DNA from: Lama glama
Lineage: Eukaryota
Reading direction: 5' to 3'
Assembly (NCBI GenBank): GCA_028534125.1
Contig: CM052817.1
Coordinates: forward strand, 8,868,001 to 8,932,000
Length of the DNA stretch: 64,000 nucleotides
The position numbers and the translations under genes are program-made. Position 1 is the first letter of the stretch; each line of letters begins with the position of its first letter. The notes beneath the pieces were generated by a model, which had not been told where the DNA came from, did not search any database, and saw only the letters and a list, made by a program, of their open reading frames with translations. This document shows, one piece after another, positions 1 through 13,749 of the stretch.

Positions 1-349
1 ATCTCCATTCTTTTTATATCAGATATTCTCTCTTGAATAGCATTGTGCATCCCATTGCAGATATAATGATCATTAAGTTCACCCCCAAGACTCTAGGATG
101 GATCTATGACTCTGTGACTAATTAAATAAATGCTGATTATGTGCTATACAATTCTGTCTTTTCCATTCAGTGACACTAACATTTTCTGGAAGAAAATTAA
201 GTCTTGCCAAGTAAATGTAAATGCTGATTCCCAATGCCCTCAATACTTAAACACTTTAATAAGCCTCTAAATCTCTGTATTAAGTAATATTTTGTTCACC
301 ACTTCTAGAGTGTTTTGTGATTTCCTGATCAAACTGTAACTGATTGACT

Positions 350-1540
350 ATATGATGCCAGAAATACAGAGCTGCCTAAGAAAATAGATCTCAGTGAATC
401 TATGGTTTAGTGGGTGGAAAGGAAATGGATGTTATAGACTGGAAAGGTGATGAGTTTGTTACACCGTGGAAAACCAACTTTCTAGGGAAGAAATGGTAAA
501 ATAAAATATCAGTCATGTGTGCTGGTAGTTATCGATATGCCAAGGTATGTAAGGGAAAAATTAATCCAAGAGAGATTTAGCTGGATTACAAGCACAAATA
601 AAAAACAATAGAAATTGATACCTTGAGTTGGAAGAAAAGTTAACTTCTTCTAGACTTAAAATGTCAGAGAATAAAACTGAGGAATCCTTTGAGTAACAAA
701 GACCAATTAGAATCTAGCACTGCAAAGAAAGATCAAATTAAAGGTGTAGTCTTCTTACTTAATCCTGATAGTTTAAAGTTACCATTAGGCTAAGAGGGAG
801 AGGGAGGTGAAAGGGTAAGGTGTTATAGATGAAGAAGAGGAAGAGTAAAAACAAGTTTAAAAACTATGCTTAGGAAAGGAGTTTAAATGTAGTTTCCAGT
901 ACATGGTATCACATGGAAGTTAATAGATCAGCAGCTTACTAAGTTGTTGAAGGAAAACTGCCTCTGAAAACAAAGCTCTTAAGTAGTTGAGACCAATAAA
1001 AACCTTTAGACATTCCCTTATCACCAAAGAGATCCCCCTAGATAACCCATGCCCACTTCGAATGTGTCCAAAGTGGACCATAGTAGGAAGAAGCTGGCAG
1101 ACCCAGGGCAATGGATCATGATGTCTAGGGATATCTCACTCCCACTTAGAGATTAGAGGCAGTGCCTAGTGAAGTAACTTTCCCACACACAGACAATCTT
1201 CATAAAGCCCATCCAGCAGGATCCCACAACTGCTGTTGACCACCGCCTGTTACAGACCTTTCAGTTTTCCAATTTTTGAAGCAAATGTTTTATTGTGGTC
1301 ATTCTGGACTTATTTCTGTCTTGTATTATTGTGATGTGTGTGTCAGTGTGTGGGAGTAGGTAACTTATATTTTTAGTTCCTAAGTTGTTAAAGAGTTGTC
1401 ACATTCAGATCAGATGGCAAGCACTGTACCTAACCCAGAAATCTTGTAGTTTAAGCTAGACGTAGTGACTGTATGGAATGTCTGGATTTCTTCAGTAGGG
1501 TAGAGCTGAATGTGTTCTGTGATAGAATAAGTATATTTTG
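350..1540 (+). mobile_element. MaLR internal sequence (MLT1-int-like), degenerate
   Basis: Begins with gatgccagaaat..gagctgcc, contains ggaaatggatgttatagactggaaaggtga and ends in gaatgtgttctgtg..tattttggtggcc running into an MLT1 LTR. Resembles MLT1-int termini from memory. Confidence 0.5.
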
Positions 1541-2066
1541 GTGGCCTCCGTGGTTCCCAACTTCTGGTATGCACATCCTCTAATGATCTCCTTCTCTAGG
1601 GTGTGGGCAAGACCTATAACTTACTTCTAATCACTAGACCAACAGCCATCATCAATCACCAATAGCAGAGTTGATAAAATTTCACTCCCATAACCACATT
1701 ACGTTATATGGTAATACTAATGAGATGTTGCTCCCATGTTTATGCTATGTTACATAAGACTGTCTTGTTACAGACACATTCTAGAGTCTCTTCCCCTCTA
1801 TTCCTGGCTTTGAAGAAGGAGGCTGCTATGAATTCTATAGCAACAGCAAACTGATTTTACTGATGCCCTGAGAGAACTAGAAAATAGGCCCTTCCCCAGT
1901 TGAGCCTCCAAATAAGAATTCAGCCCGATCCTCAACTTGAGTGCAGACTTCCAAGAATCTGAACAAGGAACCCAGTTAGGCTATGCTTGAACACCTGATC
2001 TACAGAAAACTTGATATAGAGGTCATATGACTCTAACTTTGCTGTAATCTGTTAGGTAGTAACACA
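1541..2066 (+). mobile_element. MLT1E/F-like MaLR LTR
   Basis: Typical blocks ctggctttgaagaagg, ccttccccagttgagcctcca, gaacccagttaggctatgc and acctgatctacagaaaac. Confidence 0.75.
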
Positions 2067-2339
2067 GGTGTGCTTAGATCTTCAGTGACCAGAAGGTTAG
2101 ACAAGGGAAAGAGATGGTTTGCAGACTACCGAACTATTCATTTGCTTTCGTGTGTATGTGTGGTTTATAACTGATATTGGGAAAGGGCTCCAGTCGGGAA
2201 CACATTCCCAATCTCCTTTGATTAAGGACAGAGCCATGTTATCAGTTCTGGCTGATGCAATATTACCAAAATGATGCATGCTACCTCTGAGGTGCGTTTT
2301 AATGTGCCTTATGTGTCTTGCACATGGTCTCTTCCTGTT

Positions 2340-2535
2340 GGATCATATGTACTGTAAAGTTGGGGGAATTCCAAGAAAGAAGGAGCCTGGATCCCTGAAA
2401 AATTGTATGAGGCAGAAGTCTCCCCCCTACCACAAAAGCTACTTATTAATCTATGTGGATTGCAAGAGAAAATAAACTTGAATTATGTTAATTCACTGAC
2501 ACTTGGGATTTTCATTAAATAAGTTAGCCAATTAT
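2340..2535 (+). mobile_element. Old MLT1 (J/K-like) LTR 3' part
   Basis: agaaggagcctggatccctga ... gagaaaataaacttgaattatgttaattcactgacacttgggatt. Confidence 0.55.
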
Positions 2536-2756
2536 GACCACAGTAGCAAGAAAGTATTTTTATTATTGTTTATTTTTTTGTAAAGATAATTTTCTGGAAT
2601 GAATTTTATGATATTTAAATGATAGGTCTTATTATGTATATACATCAGTGTATTCCATCTCTGAACTTAAGCAAAACAAAAACTAGCACTTACTTCTAAT
2701 TTCATGAATACATCAATAGAACGAATGAATAAATCATGCTCTACTGATTTTCTGAT

Positions 2757-2795
2757 ATGTGTGTGTGTGTGTGTGTGTGTAGAGAGAGAGAGAGA
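2757..2795. repeat. (TG)n(AG)n compound microsatellite
   Basis: Directly visible. Confidence 0.95.
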
Positions 2796-3416
2796 CCAAT
2801 CATATCATGCATTTGAAAATGTGTAAACATCATGGCCTTTGGCAACTAATACTTAAACTTAAAAACTGGTTCCAAAAAATTCTGTGTATCTGACATTAGC
2901 AAAGCTTTTTAACCTGTTTCTCTTTTTTGTCATCTTATCAATGTGCACAATATTTTACATTTAGTGCTGTTGTGAGAATGCAATAATATGAACAATATTA
3001 AGTATAATACTGAGTTCTTATCACTTAGTGTGTGGTCAATAACTGCTAAACCTCTTTCTTCTCCCTCTTTATCTCTATGCATCATAAAGTGTCAAACAAT
3101 CGACCACATCAGTTACATATGATTTCTTTAGGACATTACTGAGAGGAGTCATATGTCAGAACTTTAGGCATTTAAGATGTGCAACTTTTTGCTGCAACTG
3201 CCCCTACTTTAGTTTTTAAGACAGTGACTTCAGAGCTTTCTGACATAACAAGGATTGTATTTACTTTGAAATTCCTACTGCGCTTTGATTATAAATGCAA
3301 ACTGACAAAATTGTGCTTTTGGAATAATTGCAGTTTTACAAAATCTTCCAAAGCCCTTTGTGTCCATGTGCTTTGAACCAGAAAGTGAGGATTCTGTGAA
3401 CCTTAAATAACAGCTC

Positions 3417-3458
3417 TGTGTGTGTGTGTATATGTGTAAGTGAGTGTGTGTGTGTGAG

Positions 3459-3492
<34 letters not shown>
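3417..3492. repeat. Imperfect (TG)n microsatellite
   Basis: Directly visible. Confidence 0.95.
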
Positions 3493-3494
<2 letters not shown>

Positions 3495-4402
3495 CTTGCA
3501 AATAATTTAGGAGACTAACTAAAACTGGAGAATTTAGTTTTCAATTAAATTTTAATTTAACAACTTTGGAATTTAATGAACAAAGTTTTGCTTCTCACTC
3601 TCTTTCCCAATATTGCTATCCATTCTGCTACTCTTCTCATTTTCCTCCTCTTTATCTCACTGTATCCTACTCACTTTTCAAAACTCAACTCTAGCTTCTC
3701 TTCTTCTACAAGCTCCCTCTTAGGATTTCTTCCTTTGTTAACTGCTTTTGGTCCTACTTGCTACTACCGTGGAATTCACAACTGGCCTAGATACGTGTGG
3801 TTTGGACTCTGGGTGTCTATGTCCATGGAAAAAATTCTAAGCTCATAGGGGATATTGGTATGGAGATGTATAAGCCAAATTGAAGGCTGTAGAAGAAAGC
3901 TGAACTGAAATACCATGGAAAGGGTTTATACGCACCAATGCTGAAGGGGTCAAGGTGTGAGTTTGAAGTCAGAGTCATATGTGATCAAACTAATAAATGA
4001 GTAAAGATACAGAAAATCTTTTTAGAAGGCTAGAGGATGAAAAATTTCTCACTGGTCAAACTGCCCTACATTGTCCTACAGAAACTGTCTTCTCTTTGTA
4101 TTTATAAGACTTTACTGTTTCTATTCATAGGTTAATTAGGATGTCAGACTACATGGCCTGAAGAATTATATCTTAGTAGCTGAAGAACAATGTTCTAGGT
4201 CTGGCTTTACAATTCATTAACTGCATTATCTTACTCATGCAGATAAACTGCTCCTAAGCCTCAGTTTAATAAAAGTACAGGAGCTCAAGTAATGCCTAGC
4301 TCATGGAAGGATGGGGCGTTCAGTGAGATAATGCATTAGGAAAAGTGCTGAAGAAATACTAGACAGTGCTGCAAATAAAATAAAATGTTATTTATTAACT
4401 CC

Positions 4403-4414
4403 TCTATCTGTCTG

Positions 4415-4469
<55 letters not shown>

Positions 4470-4470
4470 G
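4403..4470. repeat. (TCTA)n tetranucleotide microsatellite
   Basis: Directly visible; explains the IYLS-repeat ORF at 4385..4570. Confidence 0.97.
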
Positions 4471-4744
4471 TGTGGGTGTATATGAAATGCTAGTTTTTCA
4501 ACCTACAAGAAAAAAAAATTTAGGGAAGGAATCCATATCGCATTTTACTAAGTTATACTTCACAGTATAGGTTTAGGAGTGCATTCTTTGACACATGTTT
4601 AATGTTAGCAGGTGATTACTTTTCTCTCTGAACACATTTACGAAACGTCTGTTTCTCTTGTATCTCTTATAAGTAGAAATTGTCATAAAGAATCATTTAT
4701 CAGAACAATACTAAATTGACAAGGTAAGTGATGTGATTTATTAC

Positions 4745-4955
4745 TGCAAGAAATACCTGAATTCAAACCCTGGCCTCATCACTCACAAAACTTTTGAATA
4801 AGTTGCCCACCTTCTCCATGACTCGATTTCTTCAACTGTAGAATGGAGATAAGAGTAGTTGGCTCAGGGGACTTTTCGAAAGACCAAGTGACTTAAGGTA
4901 CATTAAGCAACACAGTGCTTTTCTTAGCACAAAGGCGGTGATCAGTAAATGTTGC
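4745..4955 (+). mobile_element. MIR SINE
   Basis: cctgaattcaaaccctggcctcatcactcac ... tttcttcaactgtagaatggagataag MIR core. Confidence 0.65.
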
Positions 4956-5914
4956 TTTCTTGTCTCTCTCTTTTGACACAATTGTCCCTTTCTTGGAGGC
5001 GCTATACAGGGTGGCCTCATTGTCGTGTTTTTGATGAGCTATCTCTTTCTGTGACCATCTCTGATTTTAAGGATTAGAGAAATAGAGGCGATATTTCTCA
5101 GTGAGTAGCTGCAAAGAAAGTTTTCCTTTTTTAACAAATTAATATATTGTATAAGAACAATAGCTCTGGTCGTCCCTACTTGATAATCCTTGCACCATCA
5201 GCCTACCTGCAGATGAAAGAGTTTCTCTGTTTCATAGCAAAAGGAAAGCTGTTTGATGTCATTTTGAAAAGTTTTAAAGAAGAAGATGGAAGGAAATCCA
5301 GAAATAAAATAACAGAGGCTGGCTCTTCGGAACTTCAGAGTAGGACAATACTGTATTTCTGTTCACAGGGAATTTCACCATTCAAATGCATTCACTTTTC
5401 ATAAAGCACCTCCTCAATTTCAGCCCAAACATTGAAAACTGAGCCTATTAAATACAACAAAAACACTTCTGAAAACATCTTTGGAAAAATACAATTTTGG
5501 CACAAAGTGATGAGAATCAAGAGGGCTGAAAAAAATCAAAATGGAATTTGGTATGAGAGAGGCAAGCTCTCTGGTGGTTAGTTATTTGTGAAACTTGCAA
5601 AGTAGCAATCAAAGGGGAAGACTGCACCTATCAGCACATATTGTTCCTAGTGCCCCTGATTCATCCTTTAAAAATTCAGGGAGTCAAGCAATTACAGGGA
5701 CCAAGGATCCAATTTTATAGAAAAGGGAGGACATAGATTTGACTATAGTTAAGGTATTCATCAGCAAGTCTTTCTCTAGACTTTCAAGTCCTCCCTCTTT
5801 TTATGTCCTCTTTGCATGTTCCACTGCATCTGTAAGTCATTCCTGGGCCACTGTGACCATGCTTTCTTCCTCTTTCAAAGTATGGGAGGAGGTACTCTCT
5901 GCACTGCTAACAGC

Positions 5915-6145
5915 AGTTTCCTTTAGTGGTTAGAATTTTGGCTCTGGAAACCAGACTGCCTGGACTTAGTCTTGGCTCTGGCACTTGCTACTTTAAATTC
6001 TTTGTGCATCTGTTTTATCATCTATAAAATGGGGTTATTGCTGGTACAATATTATCTAACTTATAAGGGTTAAAAAGAGGTTGCAAAACACTTCAGATGG
6101 CACTGGAAATGTGGTTGATACTCTACACTGAGTTAGTTGTTATTG
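5915..6145 (+). mobile_element. MIR SINE
   Basis: tagtggttagaattttggctctggaaaccagactgcctgg ... tcatctataaaatgggg. Confidence 0.8.
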
Positions 6146-6289
6146 GTTAATATGACCATTCTCTATCATTAGTTTGAAACCTAGAACTGAGGAGTCTTTC
6201 TTATATGCAAGTATGTCTTAGTCGCTTTGTGCTGCAACTCCTTCAATGACTACCCAGCTTCAGAAGAAATCGCAAACTTTTTGACATGA

Positions 6290-6769
6290 TGTAATATGAA
6301 GAGTAATGTATACTCTCCCCATCCAAAGATTTTTACATCATAACACTGAGACTGTGAATGTTATCTCACATGGCAAAAGGGGCTTTTCAGATACAATCAC
6401 AGGTATATTATTCTGGATTGTCCAGTCTAAGCAAGTGTGTCCTTACAAGGGGAAAATCTTTCTCAGATATGGCGAGAGAGAGACTGATGATGGAAGATGG
6501 ATCAGGGATATGCAACACTGCTGGCTTTGAAGGTGGGAGAAATGGGGCAATGAATTCAGGAGTATAGGCAGCCTCCAGAAGCTGGAAAAGGCAAGAAATG
6601 GATCCTCCCATAAAGCTTTCAGAAGAGAATATAGCCTTGCAGACACTTTTGCATTTAGCCCAGTGAAACTGATATCAACCCTCTGATCTAAAGAACTGTG
6701 AGATAAATGTTTGTTCTAAGCCACCAAATTTGTGTTAATTTTTTATGGCAGACATAGGAAATCAACACA
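6290..6769 (+). mobile_element. MLT1D-like solo LTR inserted in an L2 fragment
   Basis: TG..CA termini, tgctggctttgaaggtgg, cctccagaagctggaaaaggcaagaaatggatcctccc; 5-bp TSD catga/catgg (6285-6289, 6770-6774). Confidence 0.85.
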
Positions 6770-7001
6770 CATGGCAAATAAAACCTTCTGTCTTGGTGCT
6801 TGCCTTCCTCTCTGCCTATTTTCATACCAAAAAAGATAATATGGAAGGGACAGTCCATGGCCAGTGGCCAAGCTTCCTTGAGCACAGGCAGGATTCATAT
6901 GTGTATGCTGGCATTTTTCTAAGAAAGAGACAAAGTAGTTATCAGGAGAATGAGTAGATGTTTGAGGCACAATAAAGGAACGTGAAGTCAGGAGGAGGGC
7001 A

Positions 7002-7565
7002 TGATAGGCAGAAATTCTAAGATGTCCTTCAATACTCCCACTCCTATACAATCCCAGATCTACAGTTAAGACGGAATATCACTCCCACAGTTGTGGTTGA
7101 CCATATGGCAAAAAGGAATCTGCAGAATGTAATTATGGTCTAAAATCAGTTGACCTTAAGATAAAGAGATCATATGAGTGAAACTGACTTTATCGAATGA
7201 GGGTTTTAAATATAGATCTAGGGGTCAGATAAAGAGGAAGTCAGAGCCTCAAATCATGAGAAGGACTTGAAGTGTGATTGCTAGCTTTGACGATGTAAGG
7301 TGCCAGGATGCAAGGACTGTGAATGGCCTCTAGGCACTGAAAACAGCCCCCAGCTGGCAACCAGCAAGGAAATGGAAACCTCAGTCCTACAACCAAAATA
7401 ATCCTTTCAACCATGTGAAGGAGCTCAGAAGTGACTCTTCTCAGGAGCCTCCAGAAAGGAGTACAGTCCAGCCAACACCTTTTTATTTCAGCCCTTTGAT
7501 GCCCTGAGCAGAGCACCCAACTGTGTGGCATCCTCTGTGTTGGGACTTCTACATACAGAACTGTG
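7002..7565 (+). mobile_element. MLT1E-like LTR, 3'-truncated
   Basis: tgataggcagaaattctaagatg start, aatcagttgaccttaagataaagagat, gagcctccagaaaggagtacagtccagccaacacc. Confidence 0.8.
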
Positions 7566-8127
7566 GGTGCCCAGGAAGAATTACAGACTTGGTTGTTGAT
7601 GACCTGTCTGAACTTGGAAGAATGGCTCAACTTCTCTAAGTCTCAGTCTTCTCACGTGGGCTGTGGTAAGGACTGTGAAACGGTACATATAACAGACTTA
7701 TGTGGTAGCTGGTCCACATTAAGAGCACAGTCACAGGTCATTACACTAGGCCTTCTTCCTCTTATTATAATTACCTATTTCTCCTCTTGTGGGGACTCTC
7801 AGTGCACTTGGAAAGGGGAGAATAAGTCAATTACCTGGGAAAATGATAAGGGGTCAGACTGCAGGGAGGCTTGAATGCAAAGCTGAAATCATGATGCTTT
7901 GTTCTGGTGGCAATAGCAACATAAGTCAATGATTTTGAGCCGAGAAATTACTTTAAAATTCCATCATATGTCCTGCAACAGGTAGGCAATTTCTGTGTGC
8001 TTCCTTTTCCTCAACTTTAATATGAGGAATACATTAGGACCTACCTTATCAAATTAAATGAATTAACAATGTAAAGTGCATAGAAAAATGCCTTACATAG
8101 TAAAGATTTAATAAGTGGTATTTTTAA

Positions 8128-8870
8128 CTCATTCATTCACTTATTCATTGTCCAGTACTTATCAATGGCCTCATGGTGCCAGACGTTGTTCTAGGAATTG
8201 AAGATACATTAGGTATAAAATAAAAGAAAATCTATAAAGTTGATATTGCTGGGGGGTTTCATTCAGATAATAAATAAAAGAATATTTTTTAAGTGTGTGT
8301 ATGTGTATCTCTGTAGCATATTAGATGGTGATAAATGCTCTTGAGAAAAATAAAAACTGTCAAGGGGAATCAAAAGTGCCAGTGTGGGAGCAGGAAAGAC
8401 AGGCTTCAATTATAAATGGATTATTCAGGGATGGCCAGAGATGGAGGATGGCATCGGGTCTTGGCTAGATGGAAGAGAAAGTGTACAACCTATGAGGCTT
8501 TCAAGGGGAGGAATGCTGCAGGCATAGGAAAGGGCTAGAACTAGGGGCCTAAAGGAAGGCCCACCAGATATGTCTAAGGAGAGGCAACAATGTCAATATG
8601 GCTGGAGTAGATTTAGCCAAGGGGCTGGGAGTGGTCAAAGGAGATGAGGTCTGCATACTAGGAGGAGGGGCTGGATTTTGTAGGACCATATGATGGTTGT
8701 CAAAATTGGGGCTCTTACTCTCTTGGGATGAGGGGTCATCCATTGCTGCACTGTTGTTGAGCAGAGAAGGGATGAAGCCTCAGCTATATTTGAACAGCAT
8801 CAGTCTGGTGCTGTGCTTCATACTGATAGTCTGAGGATAAGATCAAAACCATTGAGACAAGATGGAATTA
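8128..8870 (-). mobile_element. L2 LINE 3' fragment
   Basis: (cattc)n terminus followed by gtgccagacgttgttctagg and atggctggagtagat, the antisense L2 3' end. Confidence 0.75.
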
Positions 8871-10099
8871 AAAGAGTAATTTCAAGTAGTTTACATTTCT
8901 ACCAGAGATTTTAAACAAAACATTTGTTTTGGTAATCAAAATTTGATTTCTCGACTGAATAATTTAACACATCCTGTGTAACTGAAGTAAATCTTTTTTT
9001 CTCCCTCTCTTGAAATACTACAGGAGAAATATATATATATTTTATTCAAAGCGCTTTGTACAGCATCTGAAATGCAGCTAATGCTTAAAGCTGAATTAAA
9101 GTGTTGGCTGCCTCTTCTTCTGTTAACATTTGCTTTGTTCTAAACATGACTGCTGGGCAGATGAAGGATGGTGATGATTAAGGGAAGAAATGTGTAGCAT
9201 TTGCAAGGGACTTGAATGTTGAATTACTGAGCAGTCCTAAAATGCCAGTATCACGTTTCAGATCGTCTTGCCTTGGCTGAGGTGGCATCTAGGTTAATCG
9301 TTTCTCCTCTAGGTGCCTTGGTAGCAAAATCTCAAATTCAGAAATGTCCAAGACGTGTCTGCTTCTTGAGAGCGCCCTTCAACCGTTAAGTGCAGAAAGC
9401 AACAGCCCTGCTACTCCTACCCTCCCCATCACCGTGACAACGAACAAAAACAATTCTTGTTTCAACCATTTCATCTAGGCGTTTAATCATCAACCATCTG
9501 AGTGTCTGGTATTGGTCAGATACAAGGCTAGGCACTGTGGTAACGTGAGTTTGAGTCCTGTTGCTGCAGCTTCATAGCTATGTGTTCTTAAAACAGTAAA
9601 CCGTGTTGAGAGGGATGGTGTGGGGAAGAGGGTAGAGGAGATCTGCAGTTATTTAATGTTCATACAAGAATAAAAAAGATTACTATTGCAAAAGGAACTC
9701 TTCAACTCAAGAAAATAGACCAGTGTAAACTCAAACAACAAAAAAAGAAAACAATAAAGATAATGGAAGAAATGAAAGAGTAAGCAAGTCACCATAAAAA
9801 AAGATCAGTGAAATTCCAAGAAGAGCTGGTGCTCAATAAAACAACTGGCAGCACATCACAATTCCCTGCCTTTGGCTCCATCCAGCTGGAAGTAGGTTTC
9901 TGTCTCATCCGACCAAGACATACTGAGGTTTCAGCTAGGCATCACTGAAGAAAGTGCAAAGAGTACGCAAGTGCTTTGAAGAAACTGCAAGGAGTGTCAT
10001 TTTCATACAAACTCATCTAAAGGAAAATGAAAGGAAAAAAGTGGTCTCTGCTTCAGATGTTTTGCATCAATATCTCATTTACTCTCCCCAACACCTTGT

Positions 10100-10521
10100 A
10101 TCATTTAGCTGCAGCCACAGTAAAGCTGCATAGCAAACATCCACAGCACCCTCAGAAGCACATGACCAGTGCATAGTCTGTAGTTGTTCTAGGGGTCGAC
10201 TGATCGAGCTGGGTCATCTGGAGATGACTTTGCCCAGTCCTCTCTCATTTGCCTCATGGGATCAGCAGCTGTTCTGGGCATACTCTTGTCATGGTGAGGG
10301 TGATAATGCAAAAGAGTAAGCCCAATGATATTAAGGCTTTCCAGACTTCTTCTTATGACATCAGCTAAGGTTCCAACAGCCAAAGCAAGTCTGAACCCAA
10401 AATTAAGGGTGGGAAAATTCACTCTGGAGTTCTAATGGAAGGACATATAAAGTCACATGGAACAGTGTTAGGCAGATACGGGGAAACATGAAAATTGGGA
10501 TCTTTAATGAAATCTACTACA
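10100..10521 (-). mobile_element. Old MLT1 (H/I-like) LTR
   Basis: gctgcatagcaaacatccac ... agccaaagcaagtc ... aaagtcacatgg ... aatctactaca antisense LTR pattern. Confidence 0.6.
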
Positions 10522-10699
10522 TCCTGTATGGTAGATATTTTTGATACATATCTGAATAAATTCCTGAGAGGTAGAGACAGGAAAGAAAGCCTAAACAGAG
10601 AGCTCCAGGCCAGGACAGCTATAAATAATTTTTTTCAGAGTGCACTGGAAGAAATATGCCTTCCAAAGAAATGAGTTAAAGAAGATTTAGTAGTTCAGT

Positions 10700-11800
10700 A
10701 GTAGTTCAGCACTTATTATATGCAAGTAATCACATTAGGCACTAAGGACATATTAGTGAGTAAAAGTTGAAATGGATCCTGTCCTCAGGATGCTTGCAGT
10801 ACACGTACAGAAAATGCAAGACAATCTCACTAAGCCAAGTATAATTTCTAACTGTGGTGAATGGCATAAAGGAAAGGTACATGTTGACAGAGGGTACCTA
10901 AAAGGTACATGACCAGATCTGGGCATCAGACAGGGTTCCTGAGGAGAGAATGATCTAACTGAGATCTAAAGAACCAGTAGGCATTAACAAGACTTAGACT
11001 GAAGGGAAAATCATTATAAGCAGATAAGAAGCATCCTCCAAGACTCTGGTGGAGGCATTGTGGTACGTGGGTGGCCAGTGTGAAGAGTGTGGAATAAAAG
11101 AGGTTGAAGACAGGGCCAGAGCCAGATGGTGCTGGGCCTTGTAGAACAGCTGAACGATTGGGGTGTTTATCCTAAGAACAATGGGAAGCCACTGAAAAGC
11201 TTTCATAGAAAAATAACATCATCAGGTGTTCATCATGGAAGTTTTATTCTGGCTACACTGTGTAAGAAGAGGAGACAAATGTAGGAGAGAAATTGAGAAA
11301 CTCAATGAGGAGTTGATTCCTGTACTTCTGCTGAGAGACAACAGTAGCTTAAGGAGAAGGATCATGCAACTGGGCTGGAGAAAAGTCTCAGGTGTTAGGT
11401 GCCAACGATAAACTGAGAATATGACTTCATGATAGTTGAAGGAAATATTTATTAAACAAACAAACAAACAAACAAAGTAAAAAGAATGATGGCCAGTGCC
11501 CTCTGGGAGCTCAAGTATTGCTGAAGGTCGCTGCTGATCATAGTGGGAATGGTTTGAAGAGGGCAGATCTGGGCTGGAGTGGGCTGAGGACTGAGCCGGA
11601 GAGGAGGGAGAGGAAGTAGACGGCGCCTTTGAGAGATCCTTTGTTGAAAGAGAGTGGGGGAGAGCAGGAGTCAGAGGCAGATGTGGCTCGGAGGTTCTTC
11701 ATTTATTTTGTCCATGATTAGAGAGAATTGAGAGAGTTTAAACACTGATAAGAATTCAATTGAGAAGGAAAGTTTAAAAATATTTAGGAAAGAGGAGTAA
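10700..11800 (-). mobile_element. L2 LINE fragment
   Basis: aggcactaaggacatattagtgag, tttatcctaagaacaatgggaagccactgaaaagcttt, ggctggagtgggctgagg. Confidence 0.75.
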
Positions 11801-12922
11801 TCAATCCTTTAAAATTTAAAGAAATGCTTAAGCAAAAATAAAACATAAGAGCCGTAAGACAAAGTCCAGCCATTCTATCACATCAGATTGTCAGATGAGA
11901 ATATTATAAGCCCTAAAGAAAATTCCTATCTGTCTAGCACAGAGGTCCTTCACTTACCTATACCTACACCTGGTATTGAGGGTGACTTGATGGAATCAAT
12001 GAGCTTCTGTGAACTATCTGAACTGAATTTTCAGTGTATGTGCACATTTGTGTTTACAGCAGAAATAAAGGGTGCTCATTACTAAATAATGTGGACTTTA
12101 TTTCTACAAACAGTAGTTCAAGTTAAATGATACTTTAGTAACTACTATAAATAGATAGCTACTTTGGGTGGATGCTACCTGAAAACTAAAGAAAAATTTC
12201 AGATGTCTGGCATGCATAAGACCAGGTAAAGTTCCCTTACAGTCTTCTCCAATAACAAAATAAATTTTAGTCTGAGAATGCTGCTCATTTCAGATGAGTG
12301 ACAGATGAAATTCTAGAATTACAATATGACACTGAATAAATTCCTTAATGGAGAGAAACATTTGATTTCCTCTTAGTCTCATAATTTTATAATGGAGCTC
12401 ATACAGGGAGGTCTTTGTTCCTTCAACTTGGCCTGATTCCCCAGCCTGATCTTTGCAAACCTCCCTTAACAGGCTCTCATCCTCCTTCAACTTGACAGTA
12501 TGAGTCAGTCTCAGATGTCAGTGCATTCAGCATGTATTGACTTTTAAAATTTTCATTTTGACATCGTAATGATCTCTCTATAGATTTACACTGAAATCAT
12601 CCTGCCATTTTCTTGGCACTTTAGAGTAGGTATTTTTGACTTTGTATTGTTACCAGGGATCTTAGTATTGATTAAAAAACTTGGCAATATATACACATAA
12701 TCAGGTTGCAGTGGTTTTCTATCAGTCAGAAAAAAGCAAAATAAGACAAAGGAGATCATTTTCATCTTCAGATTGCCTGAAATTTAAAAAAAAACATAAA
12801 AATGTCCTGTTCAACCAGAATAGTGGGTTCACAAGCAACGCTAATGGTAATGTTAATGGATAAAAACATTTTGCAAAGCTATGGAGCAACATGTTTTATA
12901 TTTAAAATGCACTGTGTTTGCA

Positions 12923-13041
12923 TGGGATGGGGAGAGTATTTGGTTTATTTATTTACTTTTAGAAGAGGTACAAGGGACTGAACCCAGGACTTAGTGTGTG
13001 CTAAGCAGGCACTTTATCACTTGAGCTATACCCTCCTCCCC
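12923..13041 (-). mobile_element. tRNA-Ala-derived SINE (camelid vic-1-like)
   Basis: Reverse complement reads ggggaggagggtatagctcaagtgataaagtgcctgcttagc..gtcctgggttcagtcccttgtacctc followed by an aaataaataaaccaaatactctcccc tail; matches the copies at 21571 and 55103. Confidence 0.85.
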
Positions 13042-13600
13042 TTATATCTGAAACATACAGATCCCTTGACCTGGTAATCCTACTGAGGTGAGTCTTCTCT
13101 CCAGATTTATGTATGTAGGTGGGTATTATAGCATCATCACGACAAAAACATGACATAAACGAATTGTCCTTCAATATGAAAACAGTTGAAAAAAGTGTGC
13201 TGTGTCTTTACTGTGTAACACTATGCAATTCCTAAAACCAATGTGCTAAGCCCTCATGCAATGGCCTGCAAGACTGAACACAACATGCAAAACATTTTTA
13301 ACTAAAGAAAAGAAAACTTAAATCCATACTAACATGCTTATATAAGCTGCCCTTTATGAAAATGAGCAAGTCATAAATTCTTTGTATTTATGGGTCTTGG
13401 GCAGGGAGGCACATGTATATGTGTGTATAAACATGAGGACAAGTTGAAATGTTATAGCTATTAATGTTGTTTATTTTGGGGGAATTGGAAGGTAAAGATT
13501 TGGGTGAAGGTTATTAACTGTTTTCCTTATTTTGTGTTTGAAATTTTTTCTTGTCACTGCAATTATTTACAAAACTTTTGGAAAAATAAAACAACAGGAC
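13042..13600 (+). mobile_element. Old L1 (L1ME-like) 3' fragment
   Basis: cccttgacctggtaatcctactgagg, aattgtccttcaatatgaaaacagttgaaaaaagtgtg. Confidence 0.55.
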
Positions 13601-13749
13601 AAACAGAAAAACAAAACTAAGGCTGTGAACTAGATAGAGCTGATCACCTAGGAGAGAAGTAGAGAGAAGGGGAAAAAAAGGTATGTATCCAAGTCTTAGA
13701 GCATTCCAGCATTCTGCAGATGGATTTTTAACTAAGGGAAAGTAGTAGG

